64,000 nucleotides of DNA, from NCBI GenBank assembly GCA_025928655.1, contig JAICJC010000003.1:935-64934 (forward strand), written 5' to 3'. This document shows positions 59,429 through 64,000 of this stretch, piece after piece. Positions within the stretch are counted from its first letter, which is position 1, and each line of letters begins with the position of its first letter. A model generated the notes under the pieces. The model was not told where the DNA came from. It did not search any database and was given only the letters and a program-made list of their open reading frames with translations. The translations under genes were made by a program, and so were the position numbers. This DNA is from Thermoleophilia bacterium (lineage in GTDB: Bacteria > Actinomycetota > Thermoleophilia > Gaiellales > JAICJC01).

Positions 59429-61070
59429 TGTCGACGTTGAAGCCGGCCGGGCTCTTGCCGAGGCCCGGCATCTGCATGATGTCGCCGCACAGCGGCGTCA
59501 GGAACCCGGCGCCGGTGTACGGGCGGATGTCGCGCACCGGGATCCGGAATCCGGTCGGCGCGTTGACGAGCGCGGGGTCGGCGGAGATCGAGAGGTGCGA
59601 CTTGGCCATGCAGATCGACAGCTTGTCGAGCCCGTCGCGCGTGTACTGCTCGATCTTCTGCCGGGCGACCGGCAGGAAGTCGACGCCGTCAGCCTGGTAG
59701 ACCCGGGTCGCGATCTTCTCGATCTTCACGTCGATCGGGTCGGAGTCGTCGAACGTGAAGGCGAACGTGTTCGGCTGCTCGCACGCGTCGGCGACCGCCT
59801 CGGCCATCTCGGCCGCGCCGTCCCCGCCCTTGGTGAAGCCCTCGTTCAGGACGGCTGCATGGGCGCCGTGCTCGATCCCGAGCTTCTGCACCAGCGCCAC
59901 CTCGGCGTCGGTGTCGCCGGGGAAGCGGTTGGCGGCGACGACGCAGGGCAGGCCGAAGTGCTTCACGTTCTGGATGTGGCGGGCCAGGTTGGCCGACCCG
60001 GTCTCGATCGCCTTCAGGTTCTCGGACTCGGAGTTGCGCGGGTCGTCCTCGAGCCCGGCGTGGTGCTTGAGCGCCTTCGCCGTGGCGACGATCACGACCG
60101 CGCTGGGCAGGAAGCCGCCGGCGCGGCAGACGATGTCCATGAACTTCTGCATGCCGAGATCGCTGCCGAAGCCCGACTCCGTCACGACGTAGTCGCCCAG
60201 CTTGCGCCCGACGAGGTCGGCGACGATGGAGCTGTTGCCGTGCGCGATGTTGCCGAACGGGCCGATGTGCATGAAGCAGGGCTGGCCCTCAAGCGTCTGG
60301 ATCAGGTTCGGCTTGAGCGCGTCCTTCAGGAGGACCGTCATGGCGCCGGCGCAACCCATCTCCTCGGCGTACACCGGCTTGCCCTCGACGTCGTAGCCGA
60401 CCGTGATGCGGCCGATGCGCTTGCGCAGGTCCTGGAGCGAGGTGGCCATGCCCATGATCGCCATGACCTCCGACGCGGCGACGATGTCGAAGCCGGTCTC
60501 GCGCGGGAGGCCGTGGGTGGGGCCGCCGAGGCCGCTCACGATGTTGCGCAGGTGGCGGTCGTTCATGTCGACCGCGCGCCGCCACGTCACCCGGTGCGGG
60601 TCGATGCCGCGCTCGTTGCCGTAGAACATGTGCCGGTCGATGAAGGCGGCCAGCATGTTGTTCGCGGCGGCGATGGCGTGGAAATCGCCGGTGAAGTGCA
60701 GGTTCAGGTCCTCCATCGGCACGACCTGGGTGAGCCCGCCGCCGGCGGCGCCGCCCTTGATGCCGAAGATCGGCCCGAGCGACGGCTCGCGCAGGCACAG
60801 CACCGGCCGCTTGCCGATCCGCCCCAGCCCCTGCGTGAGGGAGACCGACGTCGTGGTCTTGCCCTCGCCCGCCTTGGTCGGCGTGATGGCCGAGACGCAC
60901 ACGATCTTGGCGTCGGGCGTGCCGGAGAGCCGGTCGAGCGCGCTCAGGTTGACCTTGCCCTTGTACTTCCCGTACAGGTCGACCTCGTCCTCCTCGAGGC
61001 CGATCTCGCGGGCGATGTCCATGATCGGTCGGAGGGTCGCTTCCTGTGCGATCTCGAGGCTCGACTTCAA
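59394..61070 (-). CDS. fhs: formate--tetrahydrofolate ligase
   Basis: TTG start with AAGGAGA ending 5 nt upstream. P-loop PTKAGEGKTTTSVSL. 558 aa with full-length similarity. Confidence 0.95.
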   Translation of the reverse strand: MKSSLEIAQEATLRPIMDIAREIGLEEDEVDLYGKYKGKVNLSALDRLSGTPDAKIVCVSAITPTKAGEGKTTTSVSLTQGLGRIGKRPVLCLREPSLGPIFGIKGGAAGGGLTQVVPMEDLNLHFTGDFHAIAAANNMLAAFIDRHMFYGNERGIDPHRVTWRRAVDMNDRHLRNIVSGLGGPTHGLPRETGFDIVAASEVMAIMGMATSLQDLRKRIGRITVGYDVEGKPVYAEEMGCAGAMTVLLKDALKPNLIQTLEGQPCFMHIGPFGNIAHGNSSIVADLVGRKLGDYVVTESGFGSDLGMQKFMDIVCRAGGFLPSAVVIVATAKALKHHAGLEDDPRNSESENLKAIETGSANLARHIQNVKHFGLPCVVAANRFPGDTDAEVALVQKLGIEHGAHAAVLNEGFTKGGDGAAEMAEAVADACEQPNTFAFTFDDSDPIDVKIEKIATRVYQADGVDFLPVARQKIEQYTRDGLDKLSICMAKSHLSISADPALVNAPTGFRIPVRDIRPYTGAGFLTPLCGDIMQMPGLGKSPAGFNVDIDEDGRTVGLF

Positions 61071-61086
61071 CGGGGTCTCCTTAGAT

Positions 61087-61245
61087 GGTTGATCGACAAC
61101 TCCCGCGCTCGTGGAGGCGCGAACGGACTATCTTGGCTGACCGCGCGGAGGGTTGCGCCTGCGAACCGTCACATCGCGCCTCGCTCGCGGCGGAGCACGC
61201 GCCGCTCGGTGCGTCCTTGGACATCGCGGGAGTCATCGATCAACC
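61087..61245 (-). other. 159-nt intergenic element bounded by fully pairable 21-nt inverted repeats, upstream of fhs
   Basis: In RNA sense the 5' arm is GGUUGAUCGAUGACUCCCGCG (61245..61225). The 3' arm is CGCGGGAGUUGUCGAUCAACC (61107..61087). Together they give 19 Watson-Crick and 2 G-U pairs. Internal sub-stems include GCGGCG/CGCCGC and GAGGCGCGA/UCGCGCCUC. Confidence 0.6.
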
Positions 61246-61252
61246 ATCATGG

Positions 61253-62464
61253 CTAGTGGGACACGGCAGCGGCGCCGCGCTCGGACACGAGCTCGTTCTC
61301 GTAGAAGCGCGACAGCCGGAACGGGGCGATCAGGTCGGGCGTCCTGCCCGTGGCGCCGAGCTCGGCCATCGTCTTGCCGACGATCGGCGAGGCCTTGAAG
61401 CCGTAGGTGCCCCAGCCCGCGTCGATCAGGAAGCCGTCCGCCTCGGTCAGGCCCATGATCGGGGCGTAGTCCGGCGATACGTCGCAGAGGCCGGTCCACT
61501 GGCGCAGGATCCGGGCCCGGCCGAGCATCGGCAGGAGCTCGACCATGTGCATCGCCAGGTCCTCGATGAACCGGAAGGTGCCCCTGTTGGAGTAGCCGGA
61601 GTACGGCTCGATCTCGGAGCCCATCACGAACTCGCCGCGGTCGGACTGGGAGATGTAGATGTGCAGCGTCCCCGAGACGATGATCTTGCGCAGGAGCGGC
61701 TTCACCGGCTCCGTCACGCAGGCCTGGAGGATGTGCGTCGTGATCGGCACCTCGATGCCGGCCAGGCGGCCGACCAGGGTCGACCAGCCGGAGGTGCACG
61801 AGATGACGGTGCCGGCCGAGATCCGGCCCCGGTTGGTCTCGATGCCCGTCACCCGGCCGTTCTGGCGGGTGATGCCGGTGACCTGGGTGTAGGGGTGGAT
61901 CTCGACGCCGAGCCGGTCGGCCTCCTTCGCGTAGCCCCACACCACCGCGTCGTGGCGGATGATCCCGCCGGGCGGGTGGTACAGGGCGGCCAGGATCGGG
62001 AACGTCGGGTGGTCGGAGACGTCGAGCATCGGCTCGAGCTCCTTGATCTCGTCCGGGAAGATCACCCGCGAGTCGACCCCGAGCAGGCGGTTCACCTCGG
62101 CCCGCTCCATCATCGTGTTCACCGACCGGTCGGAGTGGGCCAGCGTCAGGTGGCCGTGCTGGGAGAACAGCATGTTGAAGTTCAGGTCCTGCGAGAGCGT
62201 CTTGTACAGCTGGACGCTGGCCTCGTAGAAGCGCGTGCCCTCCGGGGTCAGGTAGTTCGAGCGGATGATGGTCGTGTTGCGCCCCGAGGCGCCCGCGCCG
62301 ATGTAGCTCTGCTCCACCACGGCCACGTTCTTCATGCCGTGGTCCTTGGCCAGGTAGTAGGCGGTGGCCATGCCGTGGGCGCCGCCGCCGATCACGACCG
62401 CGTCGTAGCTCGCCCGCAGGGGGTGCGAGCGGAAAAACCGGTGCTTGCGCAGGAGCCCGATCAC
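61253..62464 (-). CDS. soxB: sarcosine oxidase beta subunit-like FAD oxidoreductase
   Basis: In-frame GTG 62464 overlaps the upstream stop (GTGA). Motif YDAVVIGGGAHGMATAYYLAKDHGMKNVAVVEQSYIGAGASGRNTTIIRSNY. Confidence 0.85.
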   Translation of the reverse strand: MIGLLRKHRFFRSHPLRASYDAVVIGGGAHGMATAYYLAKDHGMKNVAVVEQSYIGAGASGRNTTIIRSNYLTPEGTRFYEASVQLYKTLSQDLNFNMLFSQHGHLTLAHSDRSVNTMMERAEVNRLLGVDSRVIFPDEIKELEPMLDVSDHPTFPILAALYHPPGGIIRHDAVVWGYAKEADRLGVEIHPYTQVTGITRQNGRVTGIETNRGRISAGTVISCTSGWSTLVGRLAGIEVPITTHILQACVTEPVKPLLRKIIVSGTLHIYISQSDRGEFVMGSEIEPYSGYSNRGTFRFIEDLAMHMVELLPMLGRARILRQWTGLCDVSPDYAPIMGLTEADGFLIDAGWGTYGFKASPIVGKTMAELGATGRTPDLIAPFRLSRFYENELVSERGAAAVSH

Positions 62465-63138
62465 GCCGTCTGCTCCTGCGCCTGGGGAGCCTCGACCGTG
62501 ACGACGCCCGCGCGCGCGATGCCGATCGTCTCGCCGGCGTCCAGGATCGCGTCCCAGAAGTACTCGCCGTACTCCCAGGCCACGAGCATCACGAGATCGT
62601 CGCCCCGGTTCAGGACGAGCGTCGGCACCCGCATCACCGAGCCGGCCATGCAGCGGCCGGGCCCGAAGCGCGCCTCGCGCACGTCGAGGCCGGACGAGCG
62701 GTTGAAGACCGCCAGCCGCCCCTCGCCGCCGAGGGCGACCGCGGCGTAGGCGGAGGTGACGTCGAGCGCCGCCGCGCCGATCCGGTCGCGCAGCGCGCTC
62801 AGGCGCGGGAAGGGGCACATCACATATCCGTGCGTCGGCGTGAGCCGCAGCGTCCACACGCCGTCGTCGGAGCGGGCGGCGCCGGGGCCGAGCCCGCCGG
62901 TGAGGGTGTCGAGCTCCTCGGCCGAGCCGCGCAGGTCGAGCTTGCCGAGGTGCGAGAGGTCGGTCAGCGTCGCCGCCGCCTCGCCGTTCGCGGGGTAGGC
63001 GGCCACCCGCCAGCCGTCGACGTGCTCCAGGGCGGCGCCCGCCGCGACGTGGGAGCGCTCCATCGGCGTGCGCAGGCCGACACCGGCCGCGGCCGCCGCC
63101 GGCGAGAGGAACGCGTAGGGATCGCGGATCGCGCTCAT
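62461..63138 (-). CDS. soxG: sarcosine oxidase gamma subunit-like protein
   Basis: In-frame ATG 63138 overlaps the soxA stop (ATGA). It is about 225 aa. The call rests mainly on position and size, with only weak sequence recognition. Confidence 0.55.
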   Translation of the reverse strand: MSAIRDPYAFLSPAAAAAGVGLRTPMERSHVAAGAALEHVDGWRVAAYPANGEAAATLTDLSHLGKLDLRGSAEELDTLTGGLGPGAARSDDGVWTLRLTPTHGYVMCPFPRLSALRDRIGAAALDVTSAYAAVALGGEGRLAVFNRSSGLDVREARFGPGRCMAGSVMRVPTLVLNRGDDLVMLVAWEYGEYFWDAILDAGETIGIARAGVVTVEAPQAQEQTA

Positions 63139-64000
63139 GATCGCAGCCGCTCCTGATCGGGGTCGTAGAAGGCCCGCAGCGTGACGCTGGCCGGGATCGT
63201 CGCGCCGGAGGGATCGGACAGGGTGATGGGGGTGCCCTCGGCCGAGAGGTCGGCGGGCACCCACGCGATCCCGATCGCCTTGCCCAGCCGGCGCGAGAAC
63301 CGCGACGACGTGACCCGGCCGACGGGCTCGCCGTTCACGACCACCTGCGCGCCCTCCTTGGGCACGGCGCCGTTGCCGCCCTCGAAGCCGACCAGCGAGG
63401 TTCTGTTGCCGCGGTTCTGGTACCACTCGATCGAGTAGCGCCCGATCCAGTCGTTCTCCTTGTCGAGCTTCACGATCCAGGGCATGCCCGCCTCGAGCGG
63501 CTGCGACTCGGCGTTCGTGTCCTGGCCGACGATCACGTGCATCTTCTCGAGGCGCAGGACGCGCTGGGGCTCGAGCCCGAACGGCTTCACCGAGAACCCC
63601 TCGCCAGCGGCCATGAGCGCCTCCCACAGGTGCTCGCCGGCGGCCGCCGGGCAGTGGATCTCGTAGCCGAGCTCGCCCACGAAGCCGATGCGCAGGAGCA
63701 GGCAGGGGACGCCGGCGACCTCCGCGTGGCCGGCGCCCAGGTACGGGAAGGCCTCGTTCTCCAGGTCGAAGTCGGTCAGGCCCGCCAGGGCGGTGCGGGC
63801 GTTCGGCCCGGCCAGGTTGAACGCGGCGATGGCGGAGGTCACGTTCACGATCTGGCAGTCCATCCCCCACACCGCGTTCCACCACGTGAACCACTGCTCC
63901 ATCCCGCCCGCGCCGGACGAGGTCGTGGTCACGTAGAACTCGGTCTCGGACAGGCGCGCGACCGTGCCGTCGTCGAGGATCGAGCCGTCGTCGCCGCACA
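63135..64000 (-). CDS. soxA: sarcosine oxidase alpha subunit, C-terminal GcvT-like folate-binding part (5' end outside window)
   Basis: The frame stays open to nt 64000, with upstream codons reading ..DDGTVARLSETEFYVTTTSSGA. Motifs GFVGELGYEIH and RLEKMH. Confidence 0.8.
   Translation of the reverse strand, partial: CGDDGSILDDGTVARLSETEFYVTTTSSGAGGMEQWFTWWNAVWGMDCQIVNVTSAIAAFNLAGPNARTALAGLTDFDLENEAFPYLGAGHAEVAGVPCLLLRIGFVGELGYEIHCPAAAGEHLWEALMAAGEGFSVKPFGLEPQRVLRLEKMHVIVGQDTNAESQPLEAGMPWIVKLDKENDWIGRYSIEWYQNRGNRTSLVGFEGGNGAVPKEGAQVVVNGEPVGRVTSSRFSRRLGKAIGIAWVPADLSAEGTPITLSDPSGATIPASVTLRAFYDPDQERLRS

Noticed and set aside
61071-61252. Known riboswitch classes upstream of fhs (ZTP/pfl, THF, glycine)
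   Set aside because: I could not find the ZTP CCGCCUGGGC / GGGUCGUGACUGGCG-type cores, or the THF or glycine (..GGAGAG..CACCGAAGGGGCAA..) consensus, in either strand by eye. The structure is therefore reported as an unclassified element. An Infernal scan is needed for a definitive answer.

Overview
The window is a very high-G+C chromosomal segment (by eye above 70%). The style is high-GC Actinomycetota; a Thermoleophilia/Rubrobacteria-like lineage is only a guess. It is densely packed, with many 1-8 nt start/stop overlaps (ATGA/GTGA). I call 61 protein-coding regions. I recognised no rRNA, tRNA, CRISPR array, transposase or integrase.

Main blocks:
- 1-7.9 kb: two phosphoesterase paralogues, a cell-wall hydrolase, a CYTH-CHAD/SixA/ChrA operon divergent from an orphan ParA, and a class-III aminotransferase.
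- 7.9-15.1 kb: a minus-strand envelope/signalling string of Wzx-like flippase, histidine phosphatase, sulfotransferase-like orphan, secreted beta-propeller, PAS-GGDEF cyclase and TrpB2.
- 15.2-21.1 kb: a permease, two CtaG/CopD-like membrane proteins, and a translationally coupled DyP peroxidase / GNAT / amidinotransferase trio.
- 21-26 kb: galK, a PAS-GGDEF-EAL protein and a DHA2 MFS pump.
- 26-30.2 kb: a REC / PAS-GAF histidine kinase / cyclase-homology-domain::REC::LuxR operon. This is the most unusual protein architecture in the window.
- 30.3-36 kb: sugar transferase + ATP-grasp, SDR + QueA-like, DUF3052, and an ArsB-like permease with MarR.
- 36.1-50 kb: a purine supercluster, purB-C-S-Q-L-F-M-N-H plus purD-E, split by a secreted 649-aa beta-propeller gene.
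- 50-54 kb: USP, a lower-GC APC permease and a cNMP/CBS/DUF294 protein.
- 54.1-58.1 kb: an OmpR-RR / HK / beta-propeller lipoprotein triad with a lower-GC MerR::DUF433 + DUF5615 (PIN-like) toxin-antitoxin-like cassette abutting the RR start.
- 58.7-64 kb: C1 metabolism (fchA, fhs, soxB, soxG, soxA).

Non-coding signals:
- Two related REP-like palindrome families, GGGGTCWGACCCC and GGGGACWGTCCCC, sit at gene 3' ends.
- Several perfect GC hairpins are present.
- A 159-nt element bounded by fully pairable 21-nt inverted repeats lies directly upstream of fhs.

The many long Arg/Pro/Gly/Ala-rich ORFs in the track are high-GC shadow frames and were rejected.
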